From the NCBI GenBank assembly GCA_951406725.2, contig OX597816.1:4960001-5024000 (forward strand): a DNA stretch of 64,000 nt, written 5' to 3'. Of this stretch, positions 26,742 through 40,362 are shown one piece after another. The notes beneath the pieces are model-generated. The model worked only from the letters and a program-made list of their open reading frames with translations, did no database searches and was not told where the DNA came from. This DNA comes from Octopus vulgaris (lineage: Eukaryota). Made by a program: the position numbers and the translations under genes. Position 1 is the stretch's first letter. Every line of letters starts with the position of its first letter.

Positions 26742-27053
26742 GCCGCCCCGACTGGCTTCTGTGCCGGTGGCACATACAAAGCACCATCCGAACGTGGCCG
26801 TTGCCAGCGCCACCTTGGCTGGCTTCCGTGCTGGTGGCACGTTAAAAGCTCCAACTGATCGTGGCCGATGCCGGACCCCCCTGGCACCTGTGCAGGTGGC
26901 ACGTAAAAAGCACCCACTACACTCGCAGAGTGGTTGGCATTAGGAAGGGCATCCAGCTGTAGAAACTCTGCCAGATCAGACTGGCTTCCCAGACCCTGGT
27001 CGAACTGTCCAACCCGTGCCAGCGCGGAAAACGGACGTTAAACGATGATGATG
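26742..27053 (+). mobile_element. SINE-like family C
   Basis: Three internal units, body and (GAT)n tail. Confidence 0.85.
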
Positions 27054-27290
27054 TGCATGTGGAGCAGAATTCAAGTTCAATCTGTGCCATGTGGCTTCAT
27101 TCACTCTGTTACCATAGCAACAGTCCCAATAATTTTTTTATCACACCTCTTATGTTGAAATTTCCTTTTCAGGTTATAACTGTTTACTTTTATTTTGGTG
27201 TTAGAAAACAGTTGGGTTAAAAACTGCCCTTCATCTATAAAGATCATGTATTCCAGTAAAAAATGAGATTAACGTAGTAGAATAAATATT

Positions 27291-27689
27291 CTTTTTTACT
27301 CTAGGCACAAGGTCCAAAATTTTTGGGGAGGGGGACAGTCGATCAGAGGGACCCCAGTACTCAACTGGTACTTAATTTATCAACCCCAAAAGAATGAAAG
27401 GTAAAGTCAAACTCGGCAGAATTTGAACTCAGACTGTAAAGACACACAAAATACCTATTTCTTTACTACCCACAAGGGGCTAAACATAGAGGGGACGAAC
27501 AAGGACAGACAAACGAATTAAGTTGATTATATCGACCCCAGTGCGTAACTAGAACTTATTTAATTGACCCCGAAAGGATGAAAGGCAAAGTCGATCTTGA
27601 CGGAACTTAAACTCAGAACGTAGCGGCTGACAAAATACCGCTAAGCATTTTGCCTGGAATGGTAATGATTCTGGCAGCTTGCCATCTTT
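27291..27689 (-). mobile_element. SINE family B with target-site duplication
   Basis: Dimeric body flanked by a direct repeat tagtagaataaatatt. Confidence 0.85.
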
Positions 27690-28089
27690 TAGTAGAATAA
27701 ATATTGATAATAAAGAATTCAAGGTTGCCTTTGGTGGACTTAAATTGACTTTTCTAAGCTGAGTTATAATCATGCCATTACCAAAATAAAGATGAATATT
27801 ATGAGCTTGGAAAGAAATACTTCGTTTACATTGGATGACTAGTAACGAGAATTTGAGGTTGAAACCTGAAGTGAAATCAAATTCTAGAGTTGGCAGAATT
27901 TATGCAAACATTGCATCAAGATAATCTGGAGAGGAAAACGGTGAAGAAACAGGAATAAGGAAGGATTATGATGATAAAGAATGGCTAAGTATCTGTCACT
28001 AAGATATAAGTGATTTATCAAAGAGAGCATTATTAGAATACAAATTTCATCTCGTTAAAAGTATTGGGAACACAGAAGAAACGAAGTGC

Positions 28090-28125
<36 letters not shown>

Positions 28126-28126
28126 G

Positions 28127-28196
<70 letters not shown>

Positions 28197-28256
28197 ATAT
28201 AAAAGTATATATATATATGTATATATATATATACACACATATACATACATGTGTGC

Positions 28257-28313
<57 letters not shown>

Positions 28314-28440
28314 TATAATCTGGGAGGATTATGACATATCTTATGGATATACATGTCTGGGATTAGTAACGTGCTCCTTTTATAATTAACTGAAAGATAA
28401 CTAATCTTACTTCTGTTATTATTATTATTCCAGGCAGTGA

Positions 28441-28445
<5 letters not shown>

Positions 28446-28487
<42 letters not shown>

Positions 28488-28625
28488 TCGAAAAATAGCT
28501 TAGGAATGAGAACCCAGGTTCAAAATTTTTCCAAGAAACCTGATGAAGGCTGGAGGGTATATCAGCTGAAATATTGTGTTAACAACAAACAAGATGAGGA
28601 CAAATATCCATCAAATGTAAATAAA
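28446..28625 (+). mobile_element. PLE terminal-repeat fragment (family of 1626-1760) with decayed hammerhead
   Basis: (AAT)n then taggaatgagaaccc..cctgatgaaggctggagggtatatcagctgaaatattgtgtt; CpG-type decay in stems II and III. Confidence 0.75.
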
Positions 28626-29616
28626 TCTTCTTTCAGTTTCCATCTACCAAATTCTCTCAGAAGGCTTTGGTTGGCCCGAGGCTATAGTAGAAGACACTTG
28701 TCCTAGGGGCCACACAGTGGGACTGAACCCAGAACCGTGTTGTTCAGAAGCAAGCATCTTACTACATAGACACCCCATTTTATGAAGACAGAAGATGGAA
28801 TGAACAGGCTTTAATTTCAAAACACAACAATTGTTTCCATGCCGTGGTAATTGCAGGTTTTTCCACATCACACTATTTGCATGAATTTTTAAAAATAAAT
28901 CTTTACATAATCTAATATGATACAGTGGCAGTTGTGTACCATCACATCATCAGGTAAATTGCTTGGTCACAACTGGATTATCTTTTGCGACCAGGTTTGC
29001 CCCATCAGAGCCAGCCTGGGGTCAAGCAACAACAGAGAAATGAAGTCAGATAGCTTGGTTAGAAACAGATTATAAATGTTCTGAAATAACGAGGTGTCCC
29101 TTCAACTCAAAATCTCCGCTATACTCCAACAAACTAAATTATTCTATATCTCAGCCATTGTCTAGAATTTTCCAGAGATATATTTTCATTATGATAAGCC
29201 TAAAATATTTACTTGCTTTGTGTGGGTTTTTTTATATTATTTTTCTTAAATATAAATGTTTAGTTATTTATTTATATTTTTGTGTTCATATATGTGTGTA
29301 GGGGTGTGCACCAATGTCCATGTATACGCATATGTGTGTGCGTATGTCTTTGTAACTTTGGTACCAGATGAATAAAGACTCTGGTGCTAATAGAGTTGAA
29401 TCAGTAATATTCTATGCCTATCTCCAAACAAATATTCATCCGAGATAGTGTGAACGTATACATAATCATACACATGTATGTATTGCTATACATACCAACA
29501 TATATACACACATATATACATATGTATGCGTACAGATATATATACACGTATGCATGTACATACACACACATATATATGCATACACATACATGTACATATA
29601 TGTATATATATACATG

Positions 29617-29649
<33 letters not shown>

Positions 29650-29654
<5 letters not shown>

Positions 29655-29756
29655 CTTACACACTCATATATACACACATATATAGAAACACATATATGCA
29701 TAAATATACCTATACTTATGTAGACATGTGTATGTATATATGCATGTGTGTATATG

Positions 29757-29790
<34 letters not shown>

Positions 29791-29908
29791 TATATATATA
29801 TACATACTTACACACTCATATACACACACATATATACAAACACATATATGCATAAATATACCTATACTTATGTAGACATGTGTATGTATATATGCATGTG
29901 TGTATATG

Positions 29909-29940
<32 letters not shown>

Positions 29941-30045
29941 TATATATATACATACATACTTATACACTCATATACACACACATATATACAAACACATACA
30001 TGCATACATATACATATACTTATATAGACATGTGTATGTATGTAT

Positions 30046-30090
<45 letters not shown>
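29650..30090. repeat. Higher-order ~152-bp tandem repeat of a TA/CA-rich unit (three copies)
   Basis: catacttacacactcatatacac..tatacttatgtagacatgtgtatg recurs with ~152-bp period. Confidence 0.8.
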
Positions 30091-30093
<3 letters not shown>

Positions 30094-30519
30094 TTGCATT
30101 ATATTTATGAGTGTATGTGTGTTTAATAACTAACATTGAACAGAAAACCCATCAAGATAAATATCTGGAAAAAATAAACTTGCACCAAGATAAAAATATG
30201 CGTGTTCCTAAACATATATACACAGATCTATACACACCCATATTATAATAATATGATGATGATGATGATGCTATATGGCGGGTATGTTTGTATATTAGTA
30301 TATGCAACTAATGGATAGCAAACACAATGCATTGAGATAAATCTGAATAAGCTATTACTTGATAACAATATTTCGGTATCAGTTGGTTCCGTTGCCAAAA
30401 ACAAAAGTGCACGAAAGTTTCAATTCAACAACAAAAGAGGAGGATTCAATTTAGGCGCTGCTACTTTTTCCCTCCACCAAAAACCAAAAAAAAAAACCCC
30501 CCCAAAGAAAAACCCAACG

Positions 30520-30594
30520 CTACTACTGCTGAGGCTACTACTACTACTACTGCTACTAACACCACCACCACCACCATCACCACTACTACTACTT

Positions 30595-30642
<48 letters not shown>

Positions 30643-30662
30643 ACACCACCACCACCACCATA

Positions 30663-30716
<54 letters not shown>

Positions 30717-30768
30717 AACTACTACTACTACCACCACCACCACCACCACCACCACCACTACTACTACC

Positions 30769-30816
<48 letters not shown>

Positions 30817-30850
30817 GCTACCACCACCACCACCACCACCACCACCACCA

Positions 30851-30894
<44 letters not shown>

Positions 30895-30988
30895 GCTACT
30901 ACTAATACTACTGCTACTACTAATACTACTACTGCTACTAATACTACTACTGCTAATAATAATAATGATAATAATATTACTACTACTA

Positions 30989-31033
<45 letters not shown>

Positions 31034-31045
31034 CTACTATTATTG
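30520..31045. repeat. (CTA)n/(CCA)n/(CTG)n trinucleotide mosaic
   Basis: Seen directly; source of the poly-V and poly-S ORFs. Confidence 0.95.
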
Positions 31046-31320
31046 CTATGAAGCAATGACATCACCTACAGCAGTAATGTACTTGGAGTGAAAGAAAATC
31101 AAAAGAAATGCATATGTGTGTGTGTGTGTGTACATATGTGTGTTTGTGTGTGTGTGCATGTGTGTGCGTGTTTGCATGTATATATGTATGTATAAATATA
31201 TGCTTATATGTGTGTATACATGTAAATATGCATATATATGTGTATGTATGTGTATATATATATATATATATTGTACACACATATATATGCATGTATAAAT
31301 ATATATGTGTGTACATGTAA

Positions 31321-31352
<32 letters not shown>

Positions 31353-31810
31353 CATACATGCATATATACATGCTTACATACACACATATATACATATATA
31401 TACATACACACACACACACGCACGCAGTCACAGATATAAATACACACACAAACACTCACACACGCATATACAGCAGAAAGAGAATGCAAAACTAAAAGAA
31501 AAAAATCTTTGATCTCAAAGCAAAGATGAAGAATTCGTTTCAAAAACTCTGTTAATTTAGTTGTGTTAGAGACAGTTCCTTGTCTTTTCCCTCCATCAAT
31601 AAAAAGGTGCAGCCAAGTGCAATTCCCTTGGAGGTAAAAGAATGAGGAGAAGATTAAAAGAGGGGTGGGTGGGTCGGAGCCGATGGTTGAGAGGGGAAAA
31701 TGTAACAGGCTTCTATAATTTGTTCTGAAAGGTGCATCAGCTAAATTAATGGCCTCTGGACTTGATCAACAAGGAAGCAAGAAATGGATGCAGATGGATA
31801 TGGTACTTCT

Positions 31811-31848
<38 letters not shown>

Positions 31849-32677
31849 CAGACTCTTTAGAATTTATGCATAGATGTGTGTCTGGGCTGTGTGTGTAATG
31901 TATATATGTGTATGTATGTGTGTAATGTATATGCATATGTGTGAGTGTATAATGTATATATGTGTGTATGTGTGTAATGTATATATGTATGTGTATGTGT
32001 AATGTATATATGTGTGTGTGTGTAATGTATATATGTATGTGTGTGTAGCGTTTATATGTACATGTGTGTGTAATGTCTATATATATATGTGTATAATGTA
32101 TATATGTATGTGTCTGTAGCATATATATGTATGTATAATGTCTATATGTATGTGTGTGTGTGTAATGTGTATATGTATGTGTGTGTGTGTAATGTATATA
32201 TGTATGTGTATAATGTATATATGTATATGTCTCTAACATATATATGTATGTATAATGTCTATATGTACGTGTGTGTGTAAAGTGTAAATGTATGTGTGGG
32301 TGAGTAATGTATATATGTGTATGAGTGTAATGTATGTGTGTGTGTGTGTGTAATGTATATATATATATATATATGCGTGTGTGTGTGTGTGTGTGTGTTT
32401 CTGCATTAAGTGAAAGTTGTACATTAGAATTATATGTCTAATGTTGTTATAATCTTTGATTGAAAGGCGTAGCAGAGTGTGTATCTGCTTCTGTAGAATT
32501 GTGAAATCTATCTTGTCTTTTTTTCCCCTAATGTTGTTAAACATTGTGCAATTGCCAGAATTTCTGCTTTGGTAGAATCTGTTAAATGTTGCCATCTTCT
32601 TACGACCAAACATAAACAGTTGAGATTGTGGTTAAAATCTTTTTCTTGCAATATTTCTTTTCTGTGTAACATCAGTA

Positions 32678-32822
<145 letters not shown>

Positions 32823-32841
32823 CATTTCACATCCATTGGCT

Positions 32842-33050
32842 GAGAGAGTTAGTTTCAATGAGATGCAGTTTGGGTTCGTGCCAGGGAGAAAAAGGGAGAA
32901 ACTGATGCTATATTTCTGGTAAGACAGCTGCAGGAGAAATTTCTAAACAAAGATAAACCTCTGTACCTGGCTTTCGTTGACATGGAGAAAGCCTTTGACA
33001 GGGTCCCCCGAACCCTTTTCTGGTGGTCAATGCGGACACTAGGGATAGAT
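32842..33050 (+). mobile_element. RTE-clade LINE reverse transcriptase fragment
   Basis: EMQFGFVPGR / TDAIFLVRQLQEKFLNKDKPLYLAFVDMEKAFDRVPRTLFWWSMRTLGI, with one frameshift. Confidence 0.88.
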
Positions 33051-33239
33051 GCTGTCCTCTATCCTTCCAGTTGTTACACCCTGAATTTTCTAGTGAGTCG
33101 AGGTTAAGAGGACAATGAGGGTACTTCTAACTGATTGTGACTACAGGGTACCTAAACCAATTAATAAAACCATGGTACATGCTATTAAATCATTCTCAAT
33201 TGCCAATAGTTTTATTATGCTGTTTTCAGAAAATCTGCA

Positions 33240-33550
33240 TGGTGCCAAAGACCTCAACATCACCATCAAAATACAGGAACAGCTTGGGTTTCAAGGGACC
33301 ACAGCTCTTCATTATCCTTCCTAAATGCCTGAGAGACCTGCATGGTGTGGACGTGGGTTTCTTTAAAACTAAACTCTAACTCTTCTTGTCAGAGATTCCA
33401 GATGAACCTACCCCTCGGCAGGAAACACAGATGTGGGCTGCAGTGTCGAACTCCCTTGTTGACCAAGTGCAACATATCAGAGGTGGTTTCACATACTAGT
33501 GTTGCACAGTCAATGGTGGTGCCCCAGCATGGCCACAGCTTTCGGGCTGA
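33240..33550 (+). mobile_element. CR1-group LINE ORF2 C-terminal fragment
   Basis: NSLGFKGPQLFIILPKCLRDLHGVDVGFFKTKL*LFLSEIPDEP..SNSLVDQ. Confidence 0.75.
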
Positions 33551-33995
33551 AACATTTTTAAGGATTTATCCATCTCACTTTTATCCTACAACATTATTGT
33601 ACCTTTACTTTTGCTCTCCCTCATAACCAGTTTAATTATAAGAGCATACACCACCACTGAGGAATCTGTCCTTTTGCAGTCCATTCTTCAAAAGCTATTG
33701 GACCCCTCATTACAAACAAAGAATCTTTACAAAGTAGTTACACATAATATCTGTGACTTCTTTTTCTTTAATGGTTTAGTTACATGAAGAAGAAAAGTAG
33801 AACTGCTGATATTCTGTAAGGGTCTCCAACACTAGGTGTGTTGGTAGAGGGATAAAGTTCAGTCTGATCACAGACTGGTGTTAAACAAGGTAACATTTTA
33901 AATCTACCTCTCTTTTAAAGCAAGATGTACAAGATAAAAGCTAAGATGTGTTTTTGATGTAGGATGCAAGAAGCTAAAAACTTAACTATTAATAT

Positions 33996-35565
33996 TTGAA
34001 GTAAAGTTTTTTCGCCAACATAACATGGCAGTCCTGGTTTAGGATGAATGTTGCAGTAATTTAGCCCCAGGAGACGATGTAATATAGCCAGCTGGAGGCG
34101 ATGTCTCCTGGGGCTAAATTACAGTAACATTCATCCTAAACCAGGACTGCCATGTTATGTTGGCAAATAATCTTTACTTCAAAGTACTGTTGCTGAATAT
34201 CTCTTGTTGTGTGATTTAAAAATCGTAATTTTCTAATTTATAGATCAGTGACTAGTTGTCACTTTGAAAACTATATATTTTGAACACCACCTCTAGTCAA
34301 ACGATTATTCTGTGATGAAGGGAAATAACCTGGAAATCGTGATACACAGATATTGTTTTGAGCTGATTCGGGGTGCTAAATTCCCTTGTTCGAAAATATA
34401 AGGACACAGATTGTGTCGTATAGCCAGCTGGAGACGATGTCTCCTGGGGCTAAATTACAGCAACATTCATCCTAAACCAGGACTGCCATGTTATGCTGGC
34501 AAACAATCTTTACTCCATATATCTTCTTGTTTAATGACGAACTAATATTAGATATCTTTGATAGCACCACCTCTCAGTTTTCAGTTGCAGCCCTAGGAGA
34601 CATTGTCACCAGCTGGCTACACGACAGGATCTGTATCCTTATATTTTTGAGCTGAGTAGGGGTGCTAGATTCCCTTGTTTGAAAATATAAGGACACACAT
34701 CATGTCGTATAGCCAGCTGGTGACAATGTCTCCTGGGGCTAAATTACAGCAACATTTGTCCTAAACCAGGACTGCCATGTTATGTTGGCAAACAATCTTT
34801 ACTCCGAAGTACTGTTGCCGAATATCGCTCGTTGTGAGATTTACAAATAGTAATTTTCTAATTTATAGATCAGTGACTAGTTGTCACTATGAAAACTATA
34901 CATTTCGAACAGGAATTTGGCAGCACCACCCCTAGCCAAACAATTATTCTATGCTGATGAAGGAAATAACCCAGGAATTGCGATACACAGATATTGTTTT
35001 GAGCTGAGTGGGGTGTGCTAGATTCCCTTGTTCGAAAATAGAAGGATACAGATTGTGTTGTATAGCCAGCTGGTGACAATGTCTCCTGGGGCTAAATTAC
35101 AGCAACATTCATCCTAAACCGGACTGCCATGTTATGTTGGCAAACAATCTTTACTCCGAAGTACTGTTGCCGAATATCGCTCGTTGTGAGATTTACAAAT
35201 AGTAATTTTCTAATTTATAGATCAGTGACTAGTTGTCACTATGAAAACTATACATTTCGAACAGGAATTTGGCAGCACCACCCCTAGCCAAACAATTATT
35301 CTATGCTGATGAAGGAAATAACCCAGGAATTGCGATACACAGATATTGTTTTGAGCTGAGTGGGGTGTGCTAGATTCCCTTGTTCGAAAATATAAGGATA
35401 CAGATTGTGTTGTATAGCCAGCTGGTGACAATGTCTCCTGGGGCTAAATTACTGCAACATTCGTCCTAAACCAGGAACTGCCATGTTATGTTGGCAAACA
35501 ATCTTTACTCCAAAGTACTGTTGCTGAATATCGGTTGTTGTGAGGTTTTAAAATAGTAATTTTCT
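33996..35565 (+). repeat. Tandem array of ~350-bp PLE/retrozyme-like units with inverted partial units
   Basis: Anchor tagccagctgg at 34085, 34421, 34710, 35063 and 35415. Fold-backs at 33996-34182 and ~34590-34740. Degenerate hammerhead motifs at 34310-34349, 34949-34990 and 35301-35342. Confidence 0.85.
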
Positions 35566-36737
35566 TGTTAATATTTGTCCACTTCCCTTAGGAATTGGTT
35601 CAATTTCGCTTAGTACTAAATAAATGCTTTTGTGTTCCTAATGTTTTCACTTCAGAAATGAACTCTTCTGAAAACAAATTCCCTATTTTCCATGTTTTAT
35701 TCCTCGGTTATTACTTGCAATGTTTCAAAACTGACATTAACGATATTAACTTCTTCCAATTATCCAAAGACTTTGGGGAAGAAACATTTCAAAATGTTAT
35801 TACGAGTGAACAACCACTTCAGGAGAATTTATTTCATCGTTTAAAGTTCGTTAGAGAATGATACACGCAAATAAAGGAATGGAGTGCAAGTGGGGTGGAA
35901 GGAGTGGAAAAGGGATACGTGTGGTGGTTGGAGGAAGGAGGTGGGGGTGAGAGGGAGAGGGGAGAAAGAGGGAGAGGGAAAGAGAGTGAGAGTGAGAGAG
36001 ATAGAGAGCGAGAGAGAGAGAGTGTGTGTGTGCGTGCGTGAGAGAGAAAGAGAGACTGAGAGAGAGAGAAGCTGAGAGAGAGACTAAAAGTGAGAGAGAG
36101 AGACTGAAAGAGACAGAGTGTGTGTGTGAGTGAGAGAGAGAGAGAGAGGGACTGAGAGAGAAACTGAAAGAGAGAGTGCATATGTATGAGAGAGAGAAAG
36201 AGAGAGAAAGAGAAATAATTATTTATTCATAGAAAAATAGAGATGAAAGAACAATATCTCCTTGACGATTGCTTGATTACATGCTTTATAGGCTTGAAGC
36301 AAATCCATCTCCTTCTATATATATGTATATATACAATTATTCAGTTTTATCTCAAGATTTCTTCTCAGTAGAGAGAGAGAGAGGGAGCTGGTTTCTAACC
36401 TAGATGCAAGGCGGCGAGCTGGCAGAGACGTTAGCACGTCGGACAAATTGCGTAGCCGTATTTCCTCTGCCGTTTTTCTAACCTAGATGCAAGGCTTCTT
36501 CATTGAAATTTCCACAACATCAACAGGGTATCTTTTGGTGCGTGTTTGTGTATTTGTGTAGATTTTGTTTTTATATATGTATTCTCATACCTGTAGTTGC
36601 ATGTCTAGGCATGCTCATATATACTTAAATCATAAACTTCTGGAAAGCCAATCATCGTAAAGTCGATCAGTCATAAGTCAGATAGGTCATAAGTCAACAA
36701 CGACCCGTAATATCACACAAAACTTTTGAAGGGGTTA

Positions 36738-36915
36738 TGGCGCAGTGTAAATGAAGTAATTTCATGAATTAACTCAAACCACTTTAGAAGCAGAGCAACA
36801 ACATTCATCCAGTTCAATATAGTGGACTTTTATTTATGTATACTGAAAGCGTTTCTATCTGGGGCATTTAATTTTGCTAAAGAGTTTACCAAAATTAACA
36901 ACAGGGATAGAGATG
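36738..36915 (+). mobile_element. Penelope-like element reverse transcriptase fragment
   Basis: WRSVNEVIS*INS..TFIQFNIVDFYLCILKAFLSGAFNFAKEFTKI resembles the PLE RT motif WxNTxxVIxWF..FIQFDIxDFYPSI..ALxFA. Confidence 0.7.
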
Positions 36916-37165
36916 ACAATAGAAACAATACGTTTCTAAATCTCTCAGAGAGATTTATGCAGTAGCAGCACAATAAAGTGATGGTATGTTGTCAACTTAA
37001 TGTGACAGTCCCATGAAAGGGAAGAATGCTACTGTTTATGCTACTGCATAAATCTCTCTGAGAGATTTAGAAATGTATTATCTCTATTTTCAAAAACCAG
37101 TGAATGTATTCCACTTGAAATATATATGTTTTCAAAGGCATCGACAGCTATCAAGCCAAGCTACT

Positions 37166-37206
37166 CCAGACTGATGAGGAGCAATGACTCTGAAACTAGT
37201 CTCTGG
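37166..37206 (+). ncRNA. Intact minimal type I hammerhead ribozyme motif
   Basis: ccaga-CTGATGA-ggag(caatga)ctct-GAAA-ctag-TC-tctgg: perfect 5-bp stem I, 4-bp stem II, palindromic ACTAGT stem III, GUC triplet. Confidence 0.85.
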
Positions 37207-37677
37207 GTGCTGGTTTTGCTGGGTGGAGGTGCTTGTTCCCATTTTGAAAACATAAGGACACAGAAAATGTGTCAAGTCCAACAGGAAACGGTGTTTCCCA
37301 GGGCTAAATAACAGTAACATTCTTCCCTTTCATGGGACCGTCAGATTAAGTTGATAAAACGTTCCTGTTGTTTGATAAGGGTTTGACCTGGTTCAAATAA
37401 ACAGACCAAGAAGGTTCCTTAGAAATGGCAATGGAAGTATTTGACTGTGATTTACATTAGATAGGTTTAGTAAGAAATTCCCCTCAGCCTAGGTTGACTT
37501 AGACAGAGACAATGCTTTAGACAATGTATGGACACACCCTAGACAGATTCAGAAAAGCCCTGATTTATGCTTAAAGCTTTTAGTGTTACTAAAGAAACCA
37601 AACTTGCCGTAGTAAATTTCTTAGAGATAATGCTTGGTTTAGGCACACGTTCATATGTCCCCAACAGCAACCAAAAG

Positions 37678-37870
37678 CGGAAGCGCAATGGCCCAATGGT
37701 TAGGGCAGCGGACTCGCAATCGGAGGATCGCAGTTTCGATTCCCAGACCGGGCGTTGTGTGTGTTTATTGAGCGAAAAGAACCTAAAGCTCCATGAGGCT
37801 TCAGCAGGGGGTGGTGGCGACCCCTGCTGTACTCTTTCACTCCAACTTTCTCTCACTCTTTCTTCCTGTT
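37678..37870 (+). mobile_element. SINE family D, 5' part
   Basis: Matches 12221-12410. Confidence 0.8.
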
Positions 37871-38459
37871 TCTTGTCCCCAACTTCCTACGCAACTGCTG
37901 AGCCTGGATGCACATTCATCCATCTGTCGATGCTCTCAGTGTCGGGGGTTGACCTGCTTTCTCTTCTTACGAATAGCAAAGGACCACGTTTCAGACTTCT
38001 CTCAGACTACAGAAGACCGCTTCGCCCAACATCAACATCGACAGCAACTGGAATGAGAGGCTGTCGTACATCAGCACAGCATCCTGCCGACCACCTGTAG
38101 TGTTTAATAGCCTTATACAGGGTGGTCAGTGAGAAGATTTCCAAAGATGTTTCAAAGCAGCAGCCTCTTGTTACAATGAAAATCTGGCAGTGGAGAGAGG
38201 TTTTGGCCAACCCTAACACCTACAAGAGAAGGCATTGCCTGAAAATGTCCTTTGGTTTGCCTCCACTCTCACTCAGCATGAGAACTTACATGGGAACAGC
38301 CTCCTCAAGGCTAATGGAATGACTCTTAATTAGGCTAGATTGAAATTCATTCATTAGCTTCACCACAGAATAATTTAAAGTTTTAGAGGCATTTGGAATT
38401 AAGGAAGAAGCTGTGACCCCACTGGGACAGATTCGTCTGAGAATATAGTAGGGGCTTTG

Positions 38460-38970
38460 TGTGAGTGAGTGAGTGCGTGAGTGAGTGAGTGAGTGAGTGT
38501 GTGTGAGTGAGAGAGTGAGTGAGTGAGTGAGTGTGTGTGTGTGTGAGTGAGTGAGTGCATGTGTGTGAGTGTGCGTGTGTGTGAGTGAGTGAGTGTGTTT
38601 GTGAGTGAGTGCATGTGTGTGTGTGAGTGAGTGAGTGAGTGCATGTGTGTGTGTGTGTGAGTGAGTGTGTGAGTGAGTGAGAGAGTGAGTGAGTGAATGA
38701 GTGAGTGTGGGAGTGAGTGAGTGTGTGAGTGTGTGTGTGAGTGAATGAGTGAGTGAGTGAGTGAGTGGGTGAGTGAGTGCTTGTGTGAGTGAGTGAGTGA
38801 GTGTGAGTAAGTGAGTGAGTGACTGAATGTGTGTGTGTGAGTGAGTGCTTATGTGAGTGAGTGAGTGAGTGAGTGCTTGTGTGAGTGAGTAAGTGAGTGA
38901 GTGAGTGAGTGAGTGAGTGTGTGTGTGCGTGTGTGAGTGTATGTTTGTGTGTGTGTGAATGAGTGTGTGT
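38460..38970. repeat. (GAGT)n/(GT)n microsatellite
   Basis: Seen directly; source of the HSLT-rich ORFs. Confidence 0.95.
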
Positions 38971-39214
38971 AAGACTGAAATGTCTCTGCAGAATGAAAGG
39001 TGCAAACAGCATAGGTTGCTGCACATGCGTATGACTATGTATGAGTGTGAAGCTGCGTATGTGTGTGCGGTCTTGTTTGTAAGATTATATCTGTTAATCT
39101 TTCTGTTCGTGTGTGTGAACTGGTGTGCATACATATTTGGGTTTGTGTGTATGTGTCTATCAGTGTATACATTAATCCCACCAGTGTGTCCAAATGTTAT
39201 AATAATAATAATAA

Positions 39215-39907
39215 AACATTGTGTACAGTGCTCAGGTGCACTACAACTCATCTAAAGTGTATGTATAGTACATAGGGTAATGTACAAGCGTCAGGAAAAG
39301 AACAGTGCATGAGTCATGACATACACATATGTGTATGAGTATGTAAGGGGGACAATCAGGTGTAGTTTCGGCAGATTTCGGAAAGCATGAGGGCCTTAAA
39401 GGATGCAGTGTCATGGCAGTCAACAACTGACGCAGGCAGTTTGTTCCATGCTTCAGCAACTCTGAGCGTGAAAAAATGTTTCCGAAAGTCATGGGAGCTG
39501 TGTTGTTTTCTGACTTTGTAGGCATGTCCACATGTGTTAGACACATGGAGATCAAAAAGGTGTTCAGTGTTGTTGTTGGTGAGGTGGTTGATAACTTTGT
39601 GGGTGTTTACCAAGTCCATCGCCAGACGCCGGAGTTTCAGTGGATCCATGCCCAGGGAAACAAGGTGCTCAGAGTATGGTAGGTCTCTGATGGAGGGTAT
39701 ACGTTTGGTTGCACGTCTCTGAACAGATTCCAGGAGGTCAATGTTCTGAGCAAGATAGGGGTTCCAAACTGATGATGCGAATTCCAAGTGTGGTTGTACC
39801 ATAGCTGTATATAGCTTTAAATAGATGGCTGGAGAGCGGCTAACAAAAGTCTTGCTGAGTGATGCCAAGACACCCTTGGCCTTCTTGACAATGTTGTTGA
39901 TGGACAC
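39215..39907 (-). mobile_element. CR1-group LINE 3' end (ORF2 C-terminus and 3' UTR)
   Basis: LKLYTAMVQPHLEFASSVWNPYLAQNIDLLESVQRRATK..RKHFFTLRVAEAWNKLP; 5'-truncated, with an (ATT)n tail near 39200. Confidence 0.9.
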
Positions 39908-39935
39908 TTAAATAAAGTTATCTAGAAACATCTCA

Positions 39936-39972
<37 letters not shown>

Positions 39973-40274
39973 CCTCCTAATGGGGTTGGATTTATGGCTT
40001 TGACATTTGTACTTTCCCTTCCTCTATCTATAAATAGAAAGAATTCTTGTTTGTCTCCATTGAACCAAATAAAAAACCCTCTCCCCATCGATAAATCTAA
40101 AGAACAAAATGAACTCAGTGATAAAAATTCTGCCCACGGGGAAGGACCTTCTACTGCCATGTTCTTGATGATGAAATTAACCTCTCTGTCTATATATCTA
40201 TCCTCTTTGTAATGTGTGCAAATGGAATAAGTGTAAAAATATACATTGTCTATTTAATTAAAAAACATTCTATA

Positions 40275-40362
40275 TGTGGCTGAAGATTGCTCTACATTTT
40301 AAAACTGATGTAATACTTACATTGTTTAATAAAATGAAGTAGCATGAAACGATTGTACTACA
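40275..40362 (+). ncRNA. Hammerhead motif with extended stem II
   Basis: tgtgg-CTGAAGA-(t)tgct..catttta..taaaatg..agca(t)-GAAA-cgattg-TA-ctaca. Confidence 0.55.
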
